Shown here: one piece after another, positions 27,024 through 36,226 of the stretch
Layout of the letters: each line of letters starts with the position of its first letter
Numbering within the stretch: the stretch's first letter is position 1
Source of the DNA: Acidobacteriota bacterium
GTDB taxonomy: Bacteria; Acidobacteriota; Thermoanaerobaculia; Multivoradales; Multivoraceae
NCBI GenBank assembly: GCA_029263415.1
Contig: JAJCXN010000028.1
Coordinates: forward strand, 64,013-128,012
Direction: 5' to 3'
DNA length: 64,000 nt
The notes under the pieces: model-generated
The model's database searches: none
What the model saw: only the letters and a program-made list of their open reading frames with translations
Told to the model about the DNA's origin: nothing
Made by a program: the position numbers and the translations under genes

Positions 27024-27926
27024 CTAGTAGATCTCGACCGAGCGCTCGCCGTAGAGGACTCTTGCACCGCCCGGCTGCTCACCGAACTGGTCAGGGAACT
27101 CAAGGGTGACCAAGACGGCGCTGGCGCCATCGGGCAGCTCGCCTGAGGCGATCTCGAACTCTGTCTCACCGTTGACGTGCTCCAGCAATTCGCCGCCCAT
27201 GACCGAACCATCTTCTCCCAAGAACCACAGCCGGTATCGACGACCCAACTCGCATTTGGCGAGGTTGTTGGTCGCAATCACCCACACGTGCTCGTCAGGA
27301 CGCAGGAAGACCGCACCCGTGGCCATCGGTTGATCTGCGGCCACCGCGCTCAGCGCACAGACACGGGTATTAGGCTTGGTGGCGACGCCAATTTGGTGGC
27401 GCAGCCGCCGGTTCTCGAACAGAACCTGCTGGAAATCGTTGGGACCGATGCCCACCTCAATCTGGTTCGCCCGTTCGTCGAGCTCGGATTCGAGCCCAGC
27501 GACCAGAGTCCGGCTCTGCTTGAGTTCAGACATCAAGAAACCACTCCAAGCACCAAGGCCAACGGCCAACAAGACTGCCGCGGCCAAGGCCAGCGGCACC
27601 AGGTTGCTCTGACGCACCGGGGTGGACTGGGGCTTAAGAAACGGCAGAACGGTCTCAGGGGTTGAGCCAACCCCTGAGGTTTGTCCCATCGGAAGATCGA
27701 GTCGATTGAAGAGCGCGACCTTCGCTGCCGCGCGAGTTGCCCTCGAGAATCCGATCATTGGTGTAGCTGCCTGAGCCATTAGCCCGAGGGCCTCTAGGTC
27801 GGCACGCTTCGCGCCGGGAGCTCCACCCTCGGTGAATGGGTCTGCGCCATCGAGGACGGCAAGCAGCGCCTCCTCTTCGGGGGTCGGCTTGTGCGGCTGG
27901 GATTCGGTGTCTTTGGTCATAGTCAC
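27024..27926 (-). CDS. RskA-like anti-sigma factor
   Basis: Downstream of an ECF sigma; central TM (LALAAAVLLAVGLGAW), coiled coil and C-terminal RRYRLWFL...AVLVTLE-type RskA domain. Confidence 0.75.
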   Translation of the reverse strand: MTMTKDTESQPHKPTPEEEALLAVLDGADPFTEGGAPGAKRADLEALGLMAQAATPMIGFSRATRAAAKVALFNRLDLPMGQTSGVGSTPETVLPFLKPQSTPVRQSNLVPLALAAAVLLAVGLGAWSGFLMSELKQSRTLVAGLESELDERANQIEVGIGPNDFQQVLFENRRLRHQIGVATKPNTRVCALSAVAADQPMATGAVFLRPDEHVWVIATNNLAKCELGRRYRLWFLGEDGSVMGGELLEHVNGETEFEIASGELPDGASAVLVTLEFPDQFGEQPGGARVLYGERSVEIY

Positions 27927-27938
27927 TCAGCGCGTGAG

Positions 27939-28529
27939 CTAAAGCAATTCATGGATCTCGTCGGCCAGGGCGGCACGCATCTTCTTCATAGCAAGCAACG
28001 TTCGCGTCTTCACCGTGCCCAGTGGGATGCCATGACTCTCGGAGATCTCGCTCTGAGTCATGCCTTCGAAAAAGGCTAGATGGAGAACCTCGCGTTGCTC
28101 TTTGGGCAGCGCCTGAAGCTCTGCTTGTAGGCGAGCACGCCGCTCATCTCCCAATACGTTCGGCTCGCCCGTGGGAGATGCATCAGTGACCGGGTTTTCT
28201 TCATGCGCGGCTTTCGCCGTACGATCCTTGACCGCTCTTGAACGCAACCGGTCGATCGAACGGCTGCGCACGATCAGCGACAACCAGGTCGACACCGAAG
28301 CCCGAGACGCGTCGTAGCGGCCGGCTTGGTTCCAAACCTGAACATAGACGTCTTGAACCACGTCCTCGGCTTCTTCGTGGTCCCCGAGGATACGACGACT
28401 CAAAGCCTGTAGTAGCCCTGAGAAACGATCATAGAGTTCACTCAACGCGGTCTCATCGCGCTGAGCGATCCGCTTGACGAGGTCGATGTCGTGGCGTGTT
28501 TGTTCGGGCTTCGCGGAGGTGCGGCTCAT
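27939..28529 (-). CDS. ECF sigma factor (SigK-like)
   Basis: DETALSELYDRF, EAEDVVQDVYVQVW..A.RYD, RSRSIDRLR, LPKEQREVLHLAFFEGMTQSEI...PLGTVKTR. Confidence 0.93.
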   Translation of the reverse strand: MSRTSAKPEQTRHDIDLVKRIAQRDETALSELYDRFSGLLQALSRRILGDHEEAEDVVQDVYVQVWNQAGRYDASRASVSTWLSLIVRSRSIDRLRSRAVKDRTAKAAHEENPVTDASPTGEPNVLGDERRARLQAELQALPKEQREVLHLAFFEGMTQSEISESHGIPLGTVKTRTLLAMKKMRAALADEIHELL

Positions 28530-28685
28530 AGAGTGAATAGCAAGTCGTTCAAGTTAGAGGCCGTAGCTTCGGGCAAACCCTAAGGGGTGTGGACTGGCGC
28601 AGAACATTAGCATGCACCTCCATGCCAGATTCCAAGCGAGCACCCGGCCCCTGCCATCCCATTTCTATCTCTCGGAGCAGCACAC

Positions 28686-29330
28686 GTGCAGGTCACTATC
28701 GACGGTCCCGCCGGGGTTCTTGAAGCGCAACTCCACACTCCTGCTCATTCGGACCTGCCCAAAGCAGTCGCGTTGGTCGCGCATCCGCACCCACTGTATG
28801 GTGGCTCCATGCGCAACGCGGTCGTTCAGACTGCGATCTCAGCTTTGGTCGAACACCACGTCCCCACCGTGGCATTCAACTTCCGAGGGGTTGGAGCAAG
28901 CGTGGGCACTCACGACGACGGCATTGGCGAAGTCGGTGACCTCGAAGCTGCGATTCACTGGCTCTGCGCGCGCTACCCTGAGAGCCAGCTTCTCCTAGCT
29001 GGCTACTCCTTCGGCGCGGCCACCATCCTGAGACTGTCTTTGGTTCCAGTGCAACTCGCCGGAGTCCTCTTGCTGGCACCGCCGCTGTCCATGCACGACT
29101 TCTCTAGCCTCCCATTCACCAGCATGATGGCAGCCGCCGGCTCACCACCAGTAGTGTTGATCTATGGGCAGGACGACGACTTCACCGCAGAGGAGCACCG
29201 CCACCAGCTCGCGGACCTTCCGATCGCTGAGGAGCGTGAGATTGAGAGTGTTGGCCACGACCTCGGGGCAGGCCATCGACAAGCAGCCCTGGAGCAGGCA
29301 ATTGGGGTCGCGGTCTCGGCGCTGTGCTAG
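28686..29330 (+). CDS. Small alpha/beta hydrolase
   Basis: AHPHPLYGGSM, FNFRGVGAS.G.HD.G.GE, AGYSFGA nucleophile elbow, G.DDF, GHD. Confidence 0.88.
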   Translation: MQVTIDGPAGVLEAQLHTPAHSDLPKAVALVAHPHPLYGGSMRNAVVQTAISALVEHHVPTVAFNFRGVGASVGTHDDGIGEVGDLEAAIHWLCARYPESQLLLAGYSFGAATILRLSLVPVQLAGVLLLAPPLSMHDFSSLPFTSMMAAAGSPPVVLIYGQDDDFTAEEHRHQLADLPIAEEREIESVGHDLGAGHRQAALEQAIGVAVSALC

Positions 29331-29357
29331 TACTCGACTACAAGAACCTGGGTTTCA

Positions 29358-29786
29358 TTAGACCGCGAAGGAAGAACCGCAGCCGCAGGTGCCCACGGCG
29401 TGGGGGTTCGAGAACTTGAAGCCCGTACCAGCCATACCCAGTTGATAGTCGATGGTGGTTCCCTCGAGGAACCGCGAGCTGACCGCATCCACGTAGATCT
29501 TGAGGCCTTCAAAGTCGAGCACGGTGTCGTTGGCTCGCTGTTCGTTGTCGAAATCAAGCGCGTACTCGAAGCCTGAGCAACCGCCCCCTCGAACCGCAAC
29601 GCGCAGGCCGAAGTCGGCTTCGATCCCTTCTTCCTCGCGAGTCAGCTTGATCATCTTGATCGCCTTTGGGGTGAGTACAATCGGACCGTCGGCCGAAGCT
29701 TCGGCGCTCTGTGGCAAATCGAGAACTTGAGTCATTGTTTCGTCTTCCGGTGAATGGAGCGCCGTCTCTAGTGAAGGCGCCATCAC
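29358..29786 (-). CDS. iscA: A-type Fe-S cluster carrier (IscA/ErpA/HesB family)
   Basis: LRVAVRGGGCSGFEY, FLEGTTIDY, FKFSNP...CGCGSSF. The true start may be slightly downstream. Confidence 0.92.
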   Translation of the reverse strand: MMAPSLETALHSPEDETMTQVLDLPQSAEASADGPIVLTPKAIKMIKLTREEEGIEADFGLRVAVRGGGCSGFEYALDFDNEQRANDTVLDFEGLKIYVDAVSSRFLEGTTIDYQLGMAGTGFKFSNPHAVGTCGCGSSFAV

Positions 29787-29975
29787 AGTTACTACGTGGC
29801 TGCTACTGCCAAAAGTCCTCTGTTAGTCAGAGTTGGCGTTCAGCCTAGTCCTGCAATTGTAGAACGAAGAGCACTCGCTTGTCTTTGCTACGTACACTCC
29901 ACGTCCTATGATGGTGCGACTCTGAGTGGGGTCCTCGTCCCGCTGACAATAACCAACCATCGACCCAGCGAACCC

Positions 29976-30647
29976 ATGACCAACAGCGAACGCCAGACCG
30001 CCCCGCGAGGCCGGATCGAAGTCATCTCCGGGGGAATGTTCTCCGGCAAGAGCGAAGAGCTCGTCCGACGCTTGAAGCGGGCGCTGATCGCACGCCAACG
30101 AGTTCAAGTCTTTCAGCCGAGCGACGACACTCGCGGTTCTGCGCGCTTGATCGTCACCCGCGATCGCCGTGAACTCGAAGCTATCCCGGTGGGCTCGAGC
30201 CAAGAGCTGCGTCAACGGCTGGCGGTCGGGGTGGAGGTCGTGGGCGTGGATGAAGCACAGTTCTTTGATGACGACCTGCTCACCATCGCCATGGATATGG
30301 CGGATCTAGGCGTACGCATCATTATCGCGGGCCTCGATCAAGACTTCTCGCGGCGTCCGTTCGGGCCCATGCCCGCGCTGCTCGCGGTAGCGGAGTATGT
30401 CGACAAGATGCACGCCGTCTGCATGCGTTGTGGTTCACCGGCGCACTACTCGCAGCGGATCGCTGGTGGCAGCGAACAACGTCAGGTGGGCGACGTTGAG
30501 TCATACGAAGCGCGCTGCCGACGCTGCTTTGAGGAGTTCGTTCCCGTCGGCGGCTCTGCCGCAGAAGGTCGCGGTGGCAAGGAACAGCCATTCCTCGACC
30601 ACGAGTTCGACGGGTCGCCGCTGGCTGTTCAGGAGCAAGACGCTTAG
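29976..30647 (+). CDS. tdk: Thymidine kinase
   Basis: GGMFSGKSEEL, GVDEAQF, AGLDQDF..RPFG, AVCMRCG, YEARCRRCF. Start set at ATG 29976. Confidence 0.95.
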   Translation: MTNSERQTAPRGRIEVISGGMFSGKSEELVRRLKRALIARQRVQVFQPSDDTRGSARLIVTRDRRELEAIPVGSSQELRQRLAVGVEVVGVDEAQFFDDDLLTIAMDMADLGVRIIIAGLDQDFSRRPFGPMPALLAVAEYVDKMHAVCMRCGSPAHYSQRIAGGSEQRQVGDVESYEARCRRCFEEFVPVGGSAAEGRGGKEQPFLDHEFDGSPLAVQEQDA

Positions 30648-30717
30648 GAGCAAGACTCGCACTAGGGTCCGGCAACACCCGCGACTCGCGCCCTACTCTC
30701 CCCCTACCTCCGCGCGA

Positions 30718-32712
30718 CTACATCTGCTCGGGAATCGGCAAGCCCATGAGATCGCACAGCCGACTGAGCGATCGCTCGAAACAGATCATTGCTCCGAGCC
30801 GCACTGAGCGCAGCTCCGCGTTCTCCTCGCGCAGGATCGGGTGCCGGTGGTAGAGCGCATGGAATCGCTGCGCAAGATCAGCAGCCGTACGAGCCAGCCC
30901 GGAGAGTTCGAGAGTGTGAGCGGCTCGATGCGTGACCTCGCCGATTTGACTACCCAACAGCACCAAATCCCAGAGGTCGTCCGACCACAACTCGGGATCG
31001 CTGTCAGCAATGACATCGGCAGTGACCGGAACCTCCAGGCTCTCAGCAGCCAAGCGGCGCCGAATGTTCTTCACTCTCACCAACGAGTACTGAAGATAGG
31101 GCCCCGAATCGCCTTCGAAGCTCATCGCCTGATCCAAATCAAACGCGATCACGCGGGTGGTCGTAGCCTTGATCATGAAGTAGCGCAGAGCAGCGACACT
31201 GATGTCGCGCGCTAGCACCTCGCGTGCCTCGTCGCCAAAGCCAGGGTTGCGCTCCGCAATCTCGGCCGAGGCCTTGGCTTCAAGTTGATCGAGCAGGTCA
31301 TCTGCTTTGACCCCGATGCCCTTGCGACCCGACATCTCCAGCGACTTACCCTGCTCGTCGTCTTGACCCAGAAAGCCCAAGTCTCGAGCAGTGTTCTCCG
31401 ACAGCGAGACCATCTCGTAGGCGAAGTGAACCGATCGATCGGCCTGGCTCTGATAACCCAGTGACTCGAGCCCGGCGCGGACGATCTTCTGCAAGTAGCT
31501 TTGGCGAGCGTCGATGACGTTGATCACCAGCTCACCGGCGCCGAAATCAAGATCCGAGTTCGTGCCGAGCTGTGAAACCGCGGCTTCTTGCAGCGGCGTC
31601 GATGCTGCGGTTTCCCACAGATCCGGTGAATGTTCCTGCGAGAAACCCTGCCAGGGTCGATACTCGAAATCGAGGCCCAAGACACCGAACTTCCACATTT
31701 GATAGGCAATGTCTTTGCCGACATAGGTGATGGTTCCGTCTGAACGCACGATCACCTTGTCGGGATCTTCCAATCCCTCGAACTCGGCGCTTTGAGAGAG
31801 CGGCATCACCCAACAGCCCTCATTCTTTCCAGAATCCTCGAAGCGCACGGCGCTGGTTTCCTTGAGCCGATCGAAGGCTCGCGCAAAGAAATCGAGCCGG
31901 AGAATTTCGCTCTCGCGAGTCAGCACGTCGTAGTCAACCCCGAGTCGCGCCATGGTCAGCAAGTGGCGAGTGACGATACGGTGCGCCACCAGACGACCCA
32001 TTTCGGCGCGCTCACCCTCCCCACTCTCGAGTTCATGCAGGGTACTGCGGCGCAACTCCAAGCGTGCCTTGTCTTCCTCGAACCAACGACCCGCCCGACT
32101 GTAGAGATCCCAACACAGGTAGTCGAACGGCTCCGGGGCTGTGCGTACGTCCTCGAGAGAGCTGGCATTGAGGTCGATGAACCCGACCACCACATCAGCA
32201 ACCTGGACACCGGTATCGTCGATGTAGTTCTGCACCTCGGTTTCGCGGCCGAGCGCACGGTGACAACGAGCCAAGGTATCGCCGAGCACCGCGTTGCGCA
32301 GGTGCCCAATGTGTGCGGCCTTGTTCGGATTGATGTTGGTGTGCTCGATAATAACTTTGCCAGCCGCGGAGGCGGTGCCGGGCGCGAGCATCCCATCGCT
32401 CAGAGGGTCTGGCAGCTCCATTAGCTGGGCGACGTAGGCAGGCCGATCAAAGAAGACGTTGATGTACCCAGCGCCCTCGATCGAGACACGCAGGCAACCG
32501 ATAGGCAGTTCGAGCTTCTCGCAAATTTCGGCGGCGATGTCGCGCGGCCGCTTACGCAGCGTCTTGGCCAAGTGAAGCGCGCTGGGACAGGCAAGGTCGC
32601 CGAGCTCGCGACGCGGCGGGGTCTCGATCACAGGATCGTGTTCGAGGTCGAAAGCAGCGTGAATGGCGAGGCGTATTGCTTCGGAGAACTGTGTTTTATG
32701 ATGCTGAAACAT
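30718..32712 (-). CDS. argS: Arginine--tRNA ligase
   Basis: PP..ELGDLA, GAGYINVF, EHTNINPNKAAHIGHLRN (HIGH), RSDGTITY, MSGRKG, GDSGPYLQYS. Confidence 0.95.
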   Translation of the reverse strand: MFQHHKTQFSEAIRLAIHAAFDLEHDPVIETPPRRELGDLACPSALHLAKTLRKRPRDIAAEICEKLELPIGCLRVSIEGAGYINVFFDRPAYVAQLMELPDPLSDGMLAPGTASAAGKVIIEHTNINPNKAAHIGHLRNAVLGDTLARCHRALGRETEVQNYIDDTGVQVADVVVGFIDLNASSLEDVRTAPEPFDYLCWDLYSRAGRWFEEDKARLELRRSTLHELESGEGERAEMGRLVAHRIVTRHLLTMARLGVDYDVLTRESEILRLDFFARAFDRLKETSAVRFEDSGKNEGCWVMPLSQSAEFEGLEDPDKVIVRSDGTITYVGKDIAYQMWKFGVLGLDFEYRPWQGFSQEHSPDLWETAASTPLQEAAVSQLGTNSDLDFGAGELVINVIDARQSYLQKIVRAGLESLGYQSQADRSVHFAYEMVSLSENTARDLGFLGQDDEQGKSLEMSGRKGIGVKADDLLDQLEAKASAEIAERNPGFGDEAREVLARDISVAALRYFMIKATTTRVIAFDLDQAMSFEGDSGPYLQYSLVRVKNIRRRLAAESLEVPVTADVIADSDPELWSDDLWDLVLLGSQIGEVTHRAAHTLELSGLARTAADLAQRFHALYHRHPILREENAELRSVRLGAMICFERSLSRLCDLMGLPIPEQM

Positions 32713-33015
32713 GGCGGCGAAGTCTACACGAGCCGAGGTCGATAGCAGCGAATGCTGCCCCTCGTAGGCCTTCTTACCCTAGCCGATTGCGCTCTCTTTC
32801 GATAAAATAGCTGGTCTTCGTCAGCTCGCCGGAGACATGGAAGTCCCTCGCGGCGCGTGTCCGGAGAGATCGAGAGATCTTCCGAACACGATCGCCCCAA
32901 TACCTCCGTACTTCTTATGCGAGCCGCGACAGGCGCACAGTAAGTCCGCGATCGATCATCGCTCCGGCGATCGAGATGTTGCGGGGGGGTTGCAGTTCGC
33001 TCAGCCGAAAATTCG

Positions 33016-33618
33016 GTGAAGAGCAACCCTTTCGATCGCTGGTTTCAACTAACCCCCAGCGTTCACGTCCCAGGTAAGGAGAGTACGTTGGCCGTCAAGA
33101 TGAACGACACCTACCTCGAACTAGTCGAGGGAGATATCACTGAAATGGAAGTCGATGCGATCGTCAATCCGACGACGCCGAAGCTTCAAATGCTCGACGG
33201 GCTGGCACTGGTCATCCTGGAGAAGGGCGGCAAGACGATTCAAAACGAATGCCGTCGCATCAAGAGGAGCGACGTTGGCACCGCGGTCATGACTGGCGCG
33301 GGCACGATGGAGAACATCAAACAGGTCATTCACGCAGTGCCCCCGGTCATGGGCGAAGGCGATGAAGACCGAAAGCTCGCCTCGGCCGTGCGCTCGGCAC
33401 TAGCGCTAGCAGATCGCAACCAGCTACGCGTCATCGCGATCCCAGAGATCGTCGGGGAACGCAATAACTACCCGCTGGCCAAGTGCGCACGCATCACCCT
33501 AACGGAGGTGCACCGCTATCTGCAGGGCGGAACCAAACTAGAGCGAGTGATCGTCACCCTGCGCGACGACGCCAACTACCAGATCTACCGCAAAGAACTA
33601 CGCCGAGGTTTTCGCTAG
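33016..33618 (+). CDS. Macro domain protein with divergent ligand loops
   Basis: LVEGDITEMEVDAIVN, GTAVMTGAG, VIHAVPPV, LRVIAIP show a macrodomain fold. Start uncertain (GTG 33016 or an internal ATG). Confidence 0.85.
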   Translation: MKSNPFDRWFQLTPSVHVPGKESTLAVKMNDTYLELVEGDITEMEVDAIVNPTTPKLQMLDGLALVILEKGGKTIQNECRRIKRSDVGTAVMTGAGTMENIKQVIHAVPPVMGEGDEDRKLASAVRSALALADRNQLRVIAIPEIVGERNNYPLAKCARITLTEVHRYLQGGTKLERVIVTLRDDANYQIYRKELRRGFR

Positions 33619-33854
33619 CAGGCGGAACAGGCGAAAGAGGCCCCTCGAGACCGACGGCGCCGCTTGTGCGCGACCGCATGCCTCGAAGAGGCTGTGGGTA
33701 CCGCGCAGCATTGAGGCACCGGTCCGGCTCGTCCCAGGGACTCGGTCCGCGCGAAGTGCCCTTGCCTCCAGGTCTACTCCCGGAACCTTCGAGCAGCCGG
33801 CAGCGACAAAATGCTGAGGCCCTCCGATCTGCCGAGCTCCTCTCGCGATACCTG

Positions 33855-33917
33855 ACGGGAGGCTGCGCACCGCCGAGGCGCTTGGAGTCCCACGGGTTGC
33901 AAGCAACGAGCATCAAC
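33855..33917 (+). repeat. Longest copy of the intergenic repeat family
   Basis: ACGGGAGGCTGCGCACCGCCGAGGCGCTTGGAGTCCCACGGGTTGCAAGCAACGAGCATCAAC; its 3' part matches the reverse complement of 17968-18004 with 2 mismatches in 37 nt. Confidence 0.85.
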
Positions 33918-33924
33918 GCCGACT

Positions 33925-33953
33925 GAGAACCCCTGGTTTCACCACGGGTTCTC
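33925..33953. terminator. Hairpin between convergent genes
   Basis: GAGAACCC-c-TGGT ttc ACCA-c-GGGTTCTC, 4 bp from the E1 stop codon. Confidence 0.55.
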
Positions 33954-33957
33954 CGTC

Positions 33958-36069
33958 TCAGTATCTGGCCAGTTCCCTTGCCAGCGCCACCACCCGCTCA
34001 GCGTTCGGTAGCAACTCGCGCTCTAGGCTCTTGACGAAGGGAACCGGTCGATCGGGATATGCCAATCGCTTGACCGGCGCGTCGAGCCAAGCGAACGCTT
34101 CGTCCGCTATTCGTGCAGCGACTTCCCCGCCGAAACCACCGGTCTCCTGGGCCTCGTGTACAACCAGCGCGCGTCCAGTCTTCTTGACCGAAGCGAGGAC
34201 GGTCTCCTGATCGAACGGAACCAAGGTCCGCAGGTCGACCACTTCCGCATCGATGCCCTCCGAGGCGAGCTGCTGCGCGGCGTCGAGGCACACCCAGGTA
34301 GAGGAACCGTAGCCAACGAGAGTGACTGGGGTTCCTGAGCTGGTGGCTTCACGCACAACGCGAGCCTTGCCGAGTTCGAAGGGGCCTCGTGGCAGCCGTC
34401 CCTTAATGCGACGGTAGAGGAACTTGTGCTCGCAGAAGATCACTGGATTGGGATCTGCGATCGCAGCGCGCAGGAGGCCGTACGCATCTTCGGCGGTCGC
34501 CGGGCACACTACCTTCAAGCCAGCGACATGGGTGAACCAGGCCTCTGGGTTCTGGGAGTGATATGCACCCGCACCGACTCCTCCACCACTGGGCAGGCGA
34601 ACCACGACTGGGCAAGGCACCTGCCACCGGTAGTAGAACTTGGCGATGACATTGACGATCTGATTAAACCCACACGAAACGAAGTCGGCGAACTGCATCT
34701 CGACCACTGGCCGAAACCCCATGAGAGCCGCTCCTGCCGCTAGGCCCAGCGTGCCACTCTCAGAGATTGGGGTGTTACGAACACGGTTGGGCCAACGCTC
34801 ATGAAGACCTTTGGTCACGCGAAAGGCACCTTCAAACGCAGCGATGTCCTGACCCATCAGGATCACGCTGTCGTCGGCTTCCATGGCGTCTTCCATCGCA
34901 CGCTGAACGCCTTCGACATAGTTGACATGTCCTTCGGTGTCTGGCGGGTCGGCTTCGAAAGGAGGCACTCGCACAAAGTCGGTCGAACTTACCGGCATCA
35001 GGGCCTCGCGTCGCGCAACCGTGGGCTCTGGCAGCGCTTGATCAAAGCCATAGTCAACAGCATCCTCCACCAGGAGTTTGACGCGCTCCAGCAACCGCGA
35101 ACGCCACTCGTCGTCCATGGCGAGCTCGCCGACCAAGCGCTGGTCGTAGTCAGGGACCGGATCCTCATCGAGGTAGCGCTGTAGTTCGTCTTTTGGGACG
35201 ACCTTGAGCGAGTCATCTCCCTCTGCATGACCGCGCATGCGTCCGACCATCGCCTCGATCAGGGTTGGCCCTTCGCCACTGCGAGCCCGCTGTGCAGCCC
35301 GTCCAAAGGCTGCGGCAACCACGTCAGGGTCATTGCCATCCACGCGTTCGCCCGCCATGCCGTAGCCCTGGGCGCGGTCAACAAGTCGCTCGGCTGCATA
35401 CTGCTCGTCGATGGGAGTCGAGAAGGCATACCGGTTGTTTTCAATGATCAAGATCAACGGCAACTTCCACACCGCTGCGTGATTGAGACCTTCGTGAAAG
35501 TCGCCGGTCGAGGTGCCACCATCACCGATGAAGTTGACCGCCAGCCCACCACGATCTTTGACGCCGTAAGCACAGCCTGCGGCAACCGGAATCATGGACC
35601 CCAGGTGACTGATCATGCCGACGTGGCGGATGCCCTGATCGGGTAGCAGTAGTCCGTAGTGAAAGGAGCGCTCCACGCCATTCGAGAACCCCTCGCCCTT
35701 ACCCAGCAACTGGCAGGCCAAACGGCGCAGTAGGTCCTGAGGCTCCGGTCTCTTGGCGGAGTCGGCGGCCTGATCCAACGACTCGAACCCTAGGCCTGGA
35801 AACGCACGCACAGGATCCAGATACGCCGCCAGAATCGCACCGAGATCGCGGTGCAAAGTGCACAGCACATCGTTACTTCGAAGCGCTAAACCAATCGGCA
35901 CGGTGGTCGCCTCATTGCCTATTGCGCTGTACCACTTCGCCAAGCGACCAGCCAAGCGCAACGCTTCGAATCGCTCGTCGAACTTGCGCGACAACAGCAT
36001 GAGCGCAAGCTGCAAGCGCCGATCCAACGATGATGATGCTCCGACTGTTCGGACCCCAAGCTCAACCAT
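33958..36069 (-). CDS. 2-oxoacid dehydrogenase E1, fused alpha+beta (BCKDH/PDH-like)
   Basis: ThDP motif GDGGTSTGDFHEGLN..ENN, RMRGHAEGD, then beta-part motifs NTPISE, EMQFADF, GAYHSQ, FCEHKFLY, VDLRTLVP. Confidence 0.92.
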   Translation of the reverse strand: MVELGVRTVGASSSLDRRLQLALMLLSRKFDERFEALRLAGRLAKWYSAIGNEATTVPIGLALRSNDVLCTLHRDLGAILAAYLDPVRAFPGLGFESLDQAADSAKRPEPQDLLRRLACQLLGKGEGFSNGVERSFHYGLLLPDQGIRHVGMISHLGSMIPVAAGCAYGVKDRGGLAVNFIGDGGTSTGDFHEGLNHAAVWKLPLILIIENNRYAFSTPIDEQYAAERLVDRAQGYGMAGERVDGNDPDVVAAAFGRAAQRARSGEGPTLIEAMVGRMRGHAEGDDSLKVVPKDELQRYLDEDPVPDYDQRLVGELAMDDEWRSRLLERVKLLVEDAVDYGFDQALPEPTVARREALMPVSSTDFVRVPPFEADPPDTEGHVNYVEGVQRAMEDAMEADDSVILMGQDIAAFEGAFRVTKGLHERWPNRVRNTPISESGTLGLAAGAALMGFRPVVEMQFADFVSCGFNQIVNVIAKFYYRWQVPCPVVVRLPSGGGVGAGAYHSQNPEAWFTHVAGLKVVCPATAEDAYGLLRAAIADPNPVIFCEHKFLYRRIKGRLPRGPFELGKARVVREATSSGTPVTLVGYGSSTWVCLDAAQQLASEGIDAEVVDLRTLVPFDQETVLASVKKTGRALVVHEAQETGGFGGEVAARIADEAFAWLDAPVKRLAYPDRPVPFVKSLERELLPNAERVVALARELARY

Positions 36070-36226
36070 GATTTGCCCTACAAAGAGTCAACAAGAATCA
36101 GCCCGCGCACCCTACCAACAACCACGCTTACGCCCTACGACCAGCGGAGACTCCGGCCCGCCGACAAACTACGGTGCTAGCCCCAGCGGTACGAGTCTGC
36201 TCGAGCGTGCTGGCTAGGGAGCCCGA

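Noticed and set aside
32837-33019. 60-aa ORF overlapping the macrodomain start as a partner gene
   Set aside because: No recognisable motif or composition bias; cannot be supported from sequence alone.
17968-33917. Repeat copies as a CRISPR array
   Set aside because: Copies are kilobases apart and in both orientations, with no repeat-spacer periodicity and no cas genes.
33958-36069. E1 alpha-beta fusion as a novelty
   Set aside because: Fused E1 subunits are well known in several bacterial phyla.
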